The notes under the pieces: model-generated | What the model saw: only the letters and a program-made list of their open reading frames with translations | Told to the model about the DNA's origin: nothing | Databases searched by the model: none | Sequence record: OZ196212.1 | Length of the DNA stretch: 64,000 nucleotides | Reading direction: 5' to 3' (one strand) | Position numbers and translations under genes: made by a program | Part shown: positions 36,622 to 44,770 of the stretch, in pieces | Numbering within the stretch: position 1 is the stretch's first letter | Layout of the letters: each line of letters starts with the position of its first letter

Positions 36622-37308
36622 AATCGTAAACTTGCACTGGTAGCAGCATTTGCAGCATTTGCAATGACTGGCTGTAATGATGTTACACTCGCAACAACAA
36701 CAAACGATAAAATTGTTGCAGTGCGTGATGTTTTAAATCACGAAGAATCTGTTATGATTAATCGCTGGCTTCAATTAGCAAGTGGCGATTCGTACTTGTA
36801 CGATGACATGTGGGCTGCGCTTGCAACTCGTAACAAGTATGGCGGTACGTCAAATAAACGCGCAGACTCAGAACTACCATTCTGTGATGTGATCGAGGGT
36901 GTCGTAAAGAGTGAAAAACGTATTCGTGATTCATTCAAAGGCACGTTGTCTAATCAGTGGAAGACGAAATACGGTTTGACTCTTGCTCAACAGTGCGATT
37001 ACACGCCACCACTGACGAAGAAAGAAAAAATGGCGTTGCTTGAAGAGCGAGAAATCGATCTTAAACTTGAAGACGCATCACCAAAGCCAACGACGATGAA
37101 CGAAGTCGTTGATTCGGTTAACACGTTGCTTGATCCGCATGAGTATGACTATCTGATTGAGTCTGCGCGTGAGTGTAAACGTGCTAAGGTGAAGTTGTTG
37201 AGTCTGACTAACGTAGGTCAACCATTGACGATACAAGACGGTGACGACGCTCGTAAGCTAATCATCGAATGTAAAATGCACAAACTAGAAGTGGAATTGA
37301 ACAAATGA
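36619..37308 (+). CDS. lipoprotein, paralog A
   Basis: Signal II with lipobox AMTG-C; similar to 51942..52661 including LEVELNK end. Confidence 0.85.
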   Translation: MNRKLALVAAFAAFAMTGCNDVTLATTTNDKIVAVRDVLNHEESVMINRWLQLASGDSYLYDDMWAALATRNKYGGTSNKRADSELPFCDVIEGVVKSEKRIRDSFKGTLSNQWKTKYGLTLAQQCDYTPPLTKKEKMALLEEREIDLKLEDASPKPTTMNEVVDSVNTLLDPHEYDYLIESARECKRAKVKLLSLTNVGQPLTIQDGDDARKLIIECKMHKLEVELNK

Positions 37309-38087
37309 AAAAACTAACATGTGATGTTATGCTGAGACGCGGCGTTGATCTGCACGATGGCGATACAATCGCGAACGTTGACGATGATGATTGGTCGGTA
37401 GCGTTCTGGGGTCAATGTTGCCAGACGATTATATCTGGTCAGAACGTATGCCCTGCATGGGTTATTCGAAACTTCGCTTGGCGCGATTACTCGATGAACA
37501 AGCCGACTGAGGGTAGCAACTATCCGGTTGAATACAGAGTCGCGGGTGGTGGTATTGGTTTCACGACCTCCAATCATCTTGCACAAACTAAACTAATTAA
37601 AGAATGGAGACCTTGCATGAAATCGTTGCAAGTCGATACCGTAACACCGAAGAGCGTTGAAGAACTTCTTGAAGAACTTGGTGAAATGCCGTCAACGACT
37701 GCTGAACAAGTTGTCGATGAATCACTCCCTGCTAACGGAACGCAGTCGCTGCACGAAGAAAACGGCATGACAGATGCAGAACTAGACGAAGCACTCGACG
37801 TAATCACTGAGTTCGCGACTGAACCTGACGACCTTCCGCGCCTTGATATGTCTAAAGTTGCTACTGTGATTTACATGGGCAAGCCTCACGCGATTATCGG
37901 TGATGACCCGTTTGACTTTGAATACATGTACCTCATCGGTGATAATCAAATCGCGGTGCGTGTTCCCAAGACTCAAGTCGCGACACAAACCGAGTTCGAC
38001 GAAGCAGCGCGATTCGAGCTTGAACACAAACAGATGTGGACAACTCAAGACTACGTTCACTTGATTCGTTCTGTTCGCGAAGTGTAA
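37305..38087 (+). CDS. hypothetical protein
   Basis: 260 aa with acidic central linker. Confidence 0.8.
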   Translation: MKKLTCDVMLRRGVDLHDGDTIANVDDDDWSVAFWGQCCQTIISGQNVCPAWVIRNFAWRDYSMNKPTEGSNYPVEYRVAGGGIGFTTSNHLAQTKLIKEWRPCMKSLQVDTVTPKSVEELLEELGEMPSTTAEQVVDESLPANGTQSLHEENGMTDAELDEALDVITEFATEPDDLPRLDMSKVATVIYMGKPHAIIGDDPFDFEYMYLIGDNQIAVRVPKTQVATQTEFDEAARFELEHKQMWTTQDYVHLIRSVREV

Positions 38088-38093
38088 TGTTTA

Positions 38094-38134
38094 AGCCCTC
38101 CTAAATATGTCATATAATCATATGCAGGAGGGCT
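38094..38134 (+). promoter_or_regulatory. late promoter inside an SD-sequestering hairpin
   Basis: agccctcct 38094-38102 pairs with aggagggct 38126-38134 (contains AGGAGG); CTAAATA at 38101-38107; inner atatg/catat. Confidence 0.75.
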
Positions 38135-38138
38135 ACGC

Positions 38139-38672
38139 ATGCCAATGCAAACATCGGGAGCTATTTCCCTTAACGATATCAAAACATACTTTGGCGGTGA
38201 TACGTCTGTCCCGATGAACTCATATTATCGAGGTGGCGCGTACATCCCCGACATTACAGAAAATGCAGCAATACCTACGTCTGGACAAATCAGTATAAAC
38301 AACTTCTACGGCGCTATGCGTCTAACTGCGGTTGATACTACTCGTGATACGAGTAGAAGTACTAATAGCACACGAACAACCTCGTATACATCTAGTTGGA
38401 CTACATCGTGGACTTCTACATGGCAAACATCGCGAGGGACAAGCCGAAGTACTGGTTATACAACGACGTGGTCGACAAGTACAGGGTGTGGTAAGGGTGT
38501 ATGTGGATCTCAGAACACGAGTCGAAGCACTTCAAGATCGACAGGTTACACAACATACTGGAACACGAGTCGAGGGACTTCGCGAGGGACTTCGCGAGGG
38601 ACAAGCCGAAGTACAGCATATTCATATACTACTACATGGTCGACAACATTCTCGACTCAAAAACCGGAATAA
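38139..38672 (+). CDS. putative virion fibre-tip protein: adhesin-like N-domain plus Thr/Ser-rich beta-hairpin
   Basis: SGAISL.DI...GG...SYYRGG...IPTSGQISI.NFYG N-domain; 4-residue T/S-R/W/Y repeats around CGKGVC. Confidence 0.8.
   Translation: MPMQTSGAISLNDIKTYFGGDTSVPMNSYYRGGAYIPDITENAAIPTSGQISINNFYGAMRLTAVDTTRDTSRSTNSTRTTSYTSSWTTSWTSTWQTSRGTSRSTGYTTTWSTSTGCGKGVCGSQNTSRSTSRSTGYTTYWNTSRGTSRGTSRGTSRSTAYSYTTTWSTTFSTQKPE
38430..38615 (+). repeat. 12-bp tandem repeats and a 23-bp duplication inside the T/S-rich gene
   Basis: cgagggacttcg x2 at 38571-38594; tcgcgagggacaagccgaagtac at 38430-38452 and 38592-38614. Confidence 0.9.
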
Positions 38673-38674
38673 TC

Positions 38675-38884
38675 ATGACAGACAGTGAGAAAAACGAGCT
38701 ACAACGGCTCAACAATGAAGTGAATCGTTTGAATGAAGTTTGTGCTAACTTACAAGAAAGTCAAACGATCATCCTTGAAACTATAATTGACCACATCGCG
38801 TCGCTAGATGCAGACCGCGATACATTATTGCGTAGTTACGACGATGCGATTCAACGTATCATCGATAAGCACAGTGGTGAATAA
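38675..38884 (+). CDS. small coiled-coil protein
   Basis: Start moved to ATG 38675; 69 aa heptad-like. Confidence 0.75.
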   Translation: MTDSEKNELQRLNNEVNRLNEVCANLQESQTIILETIIDHIASLDADRDTLLRSYDDAIQRIIDKHSGE

Positions 38885-39733
38885 ATGTTACATGAAATTC
38901 GTGAAGAGACTCAGGGGTTTAATAATGCGTGTCGTATAGGCACGCTTGTTCTCAGTGATCATAAGCCGTACGATTCGTGCTTCGAAGCACTTGAAATATT
39001 ACGCTCAAATGGATATCCGTGTAACTTCGATATCAATCATGACAATGGCGGCGGGTTTAGTACGAATGAATGGGGGTCTCAGTTAAGAGCATTTTCCGTT
39101 CGCTATATGAAATCCTCTGTTCATACAAAAGCACTTGTTCAGTCATTCTATGACAATGAGCATGATCATGTAATCGAGCTGCCGAAACGCGGGGACAAAT
39201 ACAAGCTAAAATCACTTGCTCCTTGTTTCAAGCAATACAATCGAATCGTGTTCATTGGTGGTACTAATCTGATTCATTCACATATGGATTTAGACAAGAT
39301 TGATGTCATTCTTGACATGGATTCTAGTGTCGTGATAAAGCCACACCCACTTACAAATGTACAAGACATGAAAATGTTGACCGAGCGTTATGGTAAAGGT
39401 CGCGTTCTGTACAACAAATTGAATGGGATCGAATTGCTGCAACAGTGTGAGCGTGCATGGATCCCCGTCTCGTCTGAAATGTGGTTCACTTGTGCCTTTT
39501 TAGGTATCCCGTACGACACGATCACGAAGTCTGACTACGAGATTGGTGGCACGTACTACGCGATGTTAGAAGCAATGAAGATCATTCAACGTGACACTAA
39601 GTTGCCGATGAACGTCATCGCGTCGCGAATCATCACATCACCAACGTCTGGTATATACACGTCGATGTATGCATTCAAACAAAACTATCCCAACTTCATT
39701 GCGAATGTTCAATCACATGGTGGGCGCGTATGA
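38885..39733 (+). CDS. KpsS/KpsC-like HP-motif glycosyltransferase-like protein
   Basis: VVIKPHP motif followed by SSEM....FLGIP, typical of the CMP-sugar transferase C-domain. Confidence 0.55.
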   Translation: MLHEIREETQGFNNACRIGTLVLSDHKPYDSCFEALEILRSNGYPCNFDINHDNGGGFSTNEWGSQLRAFSVRYMKSSVHTKALVQSFYDNEHDHVIELPKRGDKYKLKSLAPCFKQYNRIVFIGGTNLIHSHMDLDKIDVILDMDSSVVIKPHPLTNVQDMKMLTERYGKGRVLYNKLNGIELLQQCERAWIPVSSEMWFTCAFLGIPYDTITKSDYEIGGTYYAMLEAMKIIQRDTKLPMNVIASRIITSPTSGIYTSMYAFKQNYPNFIANVQSHGGRV

Positions 39734-40374
39734 TCAATTTAGACATCCATACTTTAATTTCAAGTGAGGCGCAAGTCGATTCACTTATAATGTTCAGCAC
39801 GTCGTTTCGATTGCATCACGCAGATAATGCAGGGGTCATTAAATGCGTCGTTCTCCCGCCAATCGATATAGAATCATTACCGTCAATTGATGGCGTGGAT
39901 TATGTTCGAACATTCACATCCAAATACGTATTCTTGTCAGTCGATAACTTTTTCATCAATAAGATCTATGCTGTGTATAGCGCACATCGAGACCGAAACT
40001 CAATTCGTAGCTATTTCAATGATGATGAATCGACAGACTTCATGATCGTTAATGATAACGATGGCGAAGATGTTGAGAATATTCATATGAATATCAATTT
40101 CAGTTTTGACAGTCATGGGGATCGAAATGATTACTATAAACGACTGGTTCAAATGAAAGACGTGGTAAGCATCAACACTAAGAAATTCAAGCTGACCGAC
40201 CGAACGCAAATAAACAGTTTGTACACTTTACTGTTCCCATGGGAGACTTACTTCGACTCGATGCGACGAGCAACTGGTCTAAGTGAAGAGTTTATCAGTG
40301 ATGTGATGTTCAATTGTCAACGATTTTCACATGGCATTGTATATCGCCATAGTGGTTTATTAAATGTGAGTTAA
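39730..40374 (+). CDS. hypothetical protein
   Basis: 214 aa in operon; no family recognised. Confidence 0.8.
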   Translation: MINLDIHTLISSEAQVDSLIMFSTSFRLHHADNAGVIKCVVLPPIDIESLPSIDGVDYVRTFTSKYVFLSVDNFFINKIYAVYSAHRDRNSIRSYFNDDESTDFMIVNDNDGEDVENIHMNINFSFDSHGDRNDYYKRLVQMKDVVSINTKKFKLTDRTQINSLYTLLFPWETYFDSMRRATGLSEEFISDVMFNCQRFSHGIVYRHSGLLNVS

Positions 40375-40376
40375 TT

Positions 40377-41063
40377 ATGAAAGAAGTTATATTGATATCA
40401 GGTCTAGACAGCATCGTTTTGTATGAAATGCTAAAGTCGGCTAGTCCGAATCTCATTCCAGTTTATTTCAAATGGGGATTTGACATTGATGACGCGGAAA
40501 TCAAGATGCTGCCGTCCGGTACTAAAATTCACGAAGTCCCTGAATGGATGCAATTTGACACCGATGGCAAGCTTGGTGGGGATGAGTGTATCAACTTAGA
40601 TGGGCGTGATACGATCATGATGAACTTGGTTATGCACATCTACAAGCCGTATGTTATCTACAAAGGCACGATTGCAAACGACACGTCATATGTGGAATCT
40701 CATGTTGAATTTACTGAGAAAATAAGTAGAACGTGGCGTCTTATCAATCGTCACGAATGTGACATTAAACATCCGTTTATAAAGAAGACTAAGCGTGATA
40801 TTATCGCGTATGCTAACAAGCTCGGAATTGACGCACGTGATTATCAATATTGCTACAATGCTGTGGGTAATTGTGGCGTATGTAATAAGTGTCGAATGAC
40901 TCGATTATTGAGTATGTATTCCGACAATCCTGACGTTGAATTTTTACGCAGTTATCTTGGTGAGTGTCAAAAATCAGCGACGAAGAAAATCGGCGACTAC
41001 TTGGTGTCGGGTGATGTCGTCGAAGAACTAACAACTTTTTTAAGGAAGTATAATGAAAATTGA
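40377..41063 (+). CDS. QueC (7-cyano-7-deazaguanine synthase)-like PP-loop ATPase, divergent
   Basis: ISGLDS (cf. SGGLDS), PF...TK..I, C-terminal YCY...CGVCNKC..R Zn site. Confidence 0.75.
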   Translation: MKEVILISGLDSIVLYEMLKSASPNLIPVYFKWGFDIDDAEIKMLPSGTKIHEVPEWMQFDTDGKLGGDECINLDGRDTIMMNLVMHIYKPYVIYKGTIANDTSYVESHVEFTEKISRTWRLINRHECDIKHPFIKKTKRDIIAYANKLGIDARDYQYCYNAVGNCGVCNKCRMTRLLSMYSDNPDVEFLRSYLGECQKSATKKIGDYLVSGDVVEELTTFLRKYNEN

Positions 41064-41724
41064 ACATCATTTGATTGATGGACGTGATTTGATTGTTATT
41101 GATGATGCGTTCTCAAGCGCAGATCTTAGCACAATATCACACGTCATTCATGGGATCACTGACGCTCATTGGGCTGAGGGGCACGACGAAAACTTGCTTC
41201 GATATTCAGGCATTCATGCCATGAACGTAGATGCAGGAACGGACAGTGCAGATAGCGTAATTCGCGGTGACTGTGTGTTTTTAGAAAACTTACCAGAACA
41301 CGAATTTATATGTGGGTTGGTTGACAGTGCGATCATCAATGCGTTCTCTACTGTGTCTATCGTAAGTGACGATGACAAGGCGAAGATACTAGAAGACAAG
41401 AACGAGTTTTTCTGCCGCGTGTTGCGATACATGCCTGGGTATTACGATGACTGTGCAGATGGCGACAACTTCTTGCACACGGACATTCGACTTGGGGTGA
41501 TGTTCACTCCCGTTATCAATCCAGAAGAGCCGCAAAGCACTCTTTATTACGAAGATGATAAATTCGAAACGCCTGTCCTGACACTCGATCACAAGCCCGG
41601 TCGTTTAGTTGTGTTTGACGGTCGAATTGTTCATGCTCCTAGTAAGTGTTTTAAAGTACCGCGCTATGCGATGTCGCTACACAACGACAATGATATGCGC
41701 CATTACTTGTCGAAGTTTAGATAG
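41053..41724 (+). CDS. 2OG-Fe(II) dioxygenase (prolyl-hydroxylase-like)
   Basis: HTD, KPGRLVVFDG...H, RY. Confidence 0.85.
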   Translation: MKIEHHLIDGRDLIVIDDAFSSADLSTISHVIHGITDAHWAEGHDENLLRYSGIHAMNVDAGTDSADSVIRGDCVFLENLPEHEFICGLVDSAIINAFSTVSIVSDDDKAKILEDKNEFFCRVLRYMPGYYDDCADGDNFLHTDIRLGVMFTPVINPEEPQSTLYYEDDKFETPVLTLDHKPGRLVVFDGRIVHAPSKCFKVPRYAMSLHNDNDMRHYLSKFR

Positions 41725-41730
41725 GTTATT

Positions 41731-42624
41731 ATGAGTTCAATCGAAAGAATAGCTGATAAAATGATTCACATTTATGATGATGGAATCAAGCGTGCGCAGT
41801 GGTACTTTGGTAGTCGAACTCATGACTTTTATCTGTACGGTGTCGGTGAACTACTTGACGTAGTTCGCCAGTACCCATTCATTGACATGCAGACTAAGCC
41901 AGTGGGTACGCTTGTTAAACGTGGCGAGCCTGCGATTGTTGTTACTATCAACTCAAACGAATTGTTGCAATATGGCAATATGATCGAGACGTTGATTTAC
42001 AATCGTATTTGGTATGCGTCAACCGTTGGTACAATTCTGCATAACATGCGCGATCATTTGCATTCGAATGGATTTGATGTTTATCGTGCATTTCCTCAGA
42101 TGGGTCGTGCAAGTGTCAATGAACATCAAACGAAAGTTGCTAGTGACATTTTCAGTCGTGTATTTTACAAGCTCAATGATTCGCTACGTTCAGTTGCGAC
42201 TCATAATGAAATACTCATGACTAGTGAGACGTTTTGTATTGAAAACTATCATAGTGTGATGGCTGATACGTACGACATACGCGAGTTTTGTAAACTTGCA
42301 AACTCACTGAACTATTCAGGTGAGATTATGGTTGATTCTAAGCCAATCATTGATAACATTGAATACGTGCTATCAGAAACGCCTAATACGGTATGCCAAG
42401 TTGAATCAGTGACACGAGAGGAATGGTACGACATTGTTACTCATTTCAGTGGGAATGAACGAGTGCTATTCGGAATTGGTAGTTGTTGTTTTACGAATGT
42501 GAATAGAGACACGCTTGGGTTCGTGTACAAGACGTGCGCGATACATCGAGGCGACGAGTGGATTGCTGTTAGTAAGCAGACTAAAAACAAAGAAACATTC
42601 AGTGGTTATGTAGAGGAATTGTGA
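41731..42624 (+). CDS. divergent, short type II phosphoribosyltransferase (NAPRT/NAMPT-like)
   Basis: GRAS, THNEILM, ADTYD, VDS, FGIGS, RDTLGFVYK...VSK; parallels NadV motifs GARG, EHS, DSYD, PDSG, FGMGG, RDT..FAMK. Confidence 0.7.
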   Translation: MSSIERIADKMIHIYDDGIKRAQWYFGSRTHDFYLYGVGELLDVVRQYPFIDMQTKPVGTLVKRGEPAIVVTINSNELLQYGNMIETLIYNRIWYASTVGTILHNMRDHLHSNGFDVYRAFPQMGRASVNEHQTKVASDIFSRVFYKLNDSLRSVATHNEILMTSETFCIENYHSVMADTYDIREFCKLANSLNYSGEIMVDSKPIIDNIEYVLSETPNTVCQVESVTREEWYDIVTHFSGNERVLFGIGSCCFTNVNRDTLGFVYKTCAIHRGDEWIAVSKQTKNKETFSGYVEEL

Positions 42625-43628
42625 TGAAGAAATACTGCATGGCGCCATTTGCGTCACCTGCAATCACGCCAGACGGATTTAAGCTGTGCTCATATCCCGG
42701 TCAGAAAGTGTACGACGATTTGAGCTTCTGGAATAGTGAAGAGATACAAGAACTGCGCAGGATCATTCGTGACGGCGGAACGCCCGAGTCGTGTGCTGCG
42801 TGTATGGCGTCACGTGATGGGATGTTAATTACGCACAACGTGCATGAATTACGCGATGATTACGTTCCGATCAATTTTAAGAACTTGTTCATTGCGAGAA
42901 GCAATAAGTGTGATTATGCATGTGAAATGTGCTCGTCATCAATATCGCATTCGTACGACAGGATGTTCAATGACGGTAAGATCGGGATTGTTGAGAACAA
43001 TTTTGACTTGACTCCGTATCTGCACGAGACTAGACACGCTGCTATTTCGGGTGGAAACCCTGTTTTAGATAAAAAACTCATTGAAATAATCGACCAGCTT
43101 GATGTTGATCGTCTGGAATCTATGTTCTTCACTAGTAACGGGTCGGTATTCCCAGATGCGTTTTTAGATTCAATCAAGCGATTGGAGCGTACTGACATCA
43201 GCTTGATATTTTCAATTGACGGCCCACAAGAATACAACGAAAGCGTTCGTATCGGCTGTAAGCAATCTCGTTTTTATAGCACAGTTAAGAAAGTAATGGA
43301 GCGTGTTCGTGACAATTCGAACATTTATACATGCTTCGAATTCACTGCTACTAACACGTCGATTACTAAAATGGCAGAAATGTATGATGAAATAATCATG
43401 ACTCTGACTAATGAAGAGCTGTCACGCATCAAATTTGTGTTCAATACATGTTCATTTCCGCATTCGATGTCATGTTTCAACTTGAGCAGTGAACAGTATG
43501 CTACCATCGAGGTGCAAATTGCATACTTTGAGTCGATTATGCGAACATCGCCACAGCATTTAACTGAAGCGATTCTGAAGAGACTCCGTGAGTACAAAGA
43601 ACGCTACGACTCGCAGCGAATTTTATAA
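42621..43628 (+). CDS. radical SAM enzyme with N-terminal twitch/SPASM-like Cys cluster
   Basis: YCMAPF...C...CAAC; CDYACEMC (CX3CX2C); GGNP; SNG; SIDG. Confidence 0.9.
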   Translation: MMKKYCMAPFASPAITPDGFKLCSYPGQKVYDDLSFWNSEEIQELRRIIRDGGTPESCAACMASRDGMLITHNVHELRDDYVPINFKNLFIARSNKCDYACEMCSSSISHSYDRMFNDGKIGIVENNFDLTPYLHETRHAAISGGNPVLDKKLIEIIDQLDVDRLESMFFTSNGSVFPDAFLDSIKRLERTDISLIFSIDGPQEYNESVRIGCKQSRFYSTVKKVMERVRDNSNIYTCFEFTATNTSITKMAEMYDEIIMTLTNEELSRIKFVFNTCSFPHSMSCFNLSSEQYATIEVQIAYFESIMRTSPQHLTEAILKRLREYKERYDSQRIL

Positions 43629-44717
43629 TATAATTGACTGATCGATGAAAGACAGTAACACAGGGGAAGACTTTTCTAAGTCTTCCCTTTTTGCTTTCTG
43701 CAACGTCTCTTTACAAAATGCGAGCCAATTCACGTGTGAGTATTTCGAGAATGATTGAACAGACTTCAACTCATTCAACACGCGTCTGTTTGCAGTGCAA
43801 TCGTCTGCGTTTTGCATTACCGAAATTGAGTGTTTCATGAAGTCTGGGTGCGCGTTTGACATAGCCATATTCGTCGGCATTGATATGAACCCAATTCCAA
43901 TCTCAATGTCAGGGAACGCACTCGTCAGTTCAGGGAATCGCTCGATGTTATACAGTGTAATCGTAGCAAGAAGAGACACATCGTACATGCTACGATAAGT
44001 CTTCGCCTTGCTAATGAACTCACAAAGCCGATTGTAGTTGATGAATCGTCGCTGCACGTTGTTCACATCTTCAACACCATCGATTGATATAACCAATCTA
44101 ACGTGCTTGCCTGACATGTGCAGGTTGAACATATGAGTGAAGAAATCGCTACCATCCCGCATCGTAGATGAATTACCATTTGTTACGATGGTCACTTCGT
44201 TTACATCGGCATCAATCAGAGATTCTACAAGTTCAGTCCCGCGCTTCATATCCTGCAAATTACCACCAAGTATTCGTATCGTATCTGCACCAGTCACATC
44301 ATTGATCGATTGTATACACTCATCGATATTGTCGATGTTTTGAATCTGTTCTGGGTTGTATTGTTTCGAATACGTTCGAGAAAACTCGTCGCCACACATT
44401 ATACACGCGCCTGAACACTCATTTGACGGGTACAATATCAAATTGCGCACATCGCTGACTGATACATTGGTTGAAATTACCGCGTTGTCTTGTTGGAATC
44501 GATGTTGTAGATCAGATGAAATACAATACTTGCACGAATCGGGTAGGTCATCGAATCGATGTTCGATCATTGCTTCACGCACGTCAGTGATTGTTTTGTT
44601 GTTTAATGCGCTTGATGCGTCAGTGTCATTGTAGCGTATGTATGACATACAGCATGAGCTATATGATTCAGCGGCAATCCCGAAGTCAGTGAATGGGGCA
44701 GTGCAAAGAGGTTTCAT
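43623..44717 (-). CDS. radical SAM enzyme with N-terminal twitch/SPASM-like Cys cluster
   Basis: CTAPF...SCC...CKYC; CSGACIMC; GGN; TNG; SIDG. Confidence 0.9.
   Translation of the reverse strand: MKPLCTAPFTDFGIAAESYSSCCMSYIRYNDTDASSALNNKTITDVREAMIEHRFDDLPDSCKYCISSDLQHRFQQDNAVISTNVSVSDVRNLILYPSNECSGACIMCGDEFSRTYSKQYNPEQIQNIDNIDECIQSINDVTGADTIRILGGNLQDMKRGTELVESLIDADVNEVTIVTNGNSSTMRDGSDFFTHMFNLHMSGKHVRLVISIDGVEDVNNVQRRFINYNRLCEFISKAKTYRSMYDVSLLATITLYNIERFPELTSAFPDIEIGIGFISMPTNMAMSNAHPDFMKHSISVMQNADDCTANRRVLNELKSVQSFSKYSHVNWLAFCKETLQKAKREDLEKSSPVLLSFIDQSIIL
43664..43692 (+). terminator. intrinsic terminator for the 38139-43628 operon, inside the convergent CDS
   Basis: gggaagactt-ttct-aagtcttccc followed by ttttt. 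Confidence 0.75.
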
Positions 44718-44753
44718 AGTTTATTCTCATAATATTCGATGTATAATTAATTC

Positions 44754-44760
44754 TATTTAG
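44754..44760 (-). promoter_or_regulatory. T4-type late promoter-like element
   Basis: CTAAATA on minus strand about 37 nt upstream of rSAM start 44717. Confidence 0.5.
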
Positions 44761-44770
44761 CGGGGTTTAT

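Noticed and set aside
38139-38672. Diversity-generating retroelement target, or ice-binding protein
   Set aside because: No reverse transcriptase in the window, and the duplicated 23-bp block is identical rather than A-mutated. Thr arrays are present, but the period and Arg/aromatic symmetry fit a single hairpin rather than an ice-binding solenoid, and nothing else supports that role.
38332-38688. Alternative-frame ORFs 38332..38688, 38416..38625 and the long start of 38501..38884
   Set aside because: By-products of the repeat sequence. The real downstream gene starts at ATG 38675.
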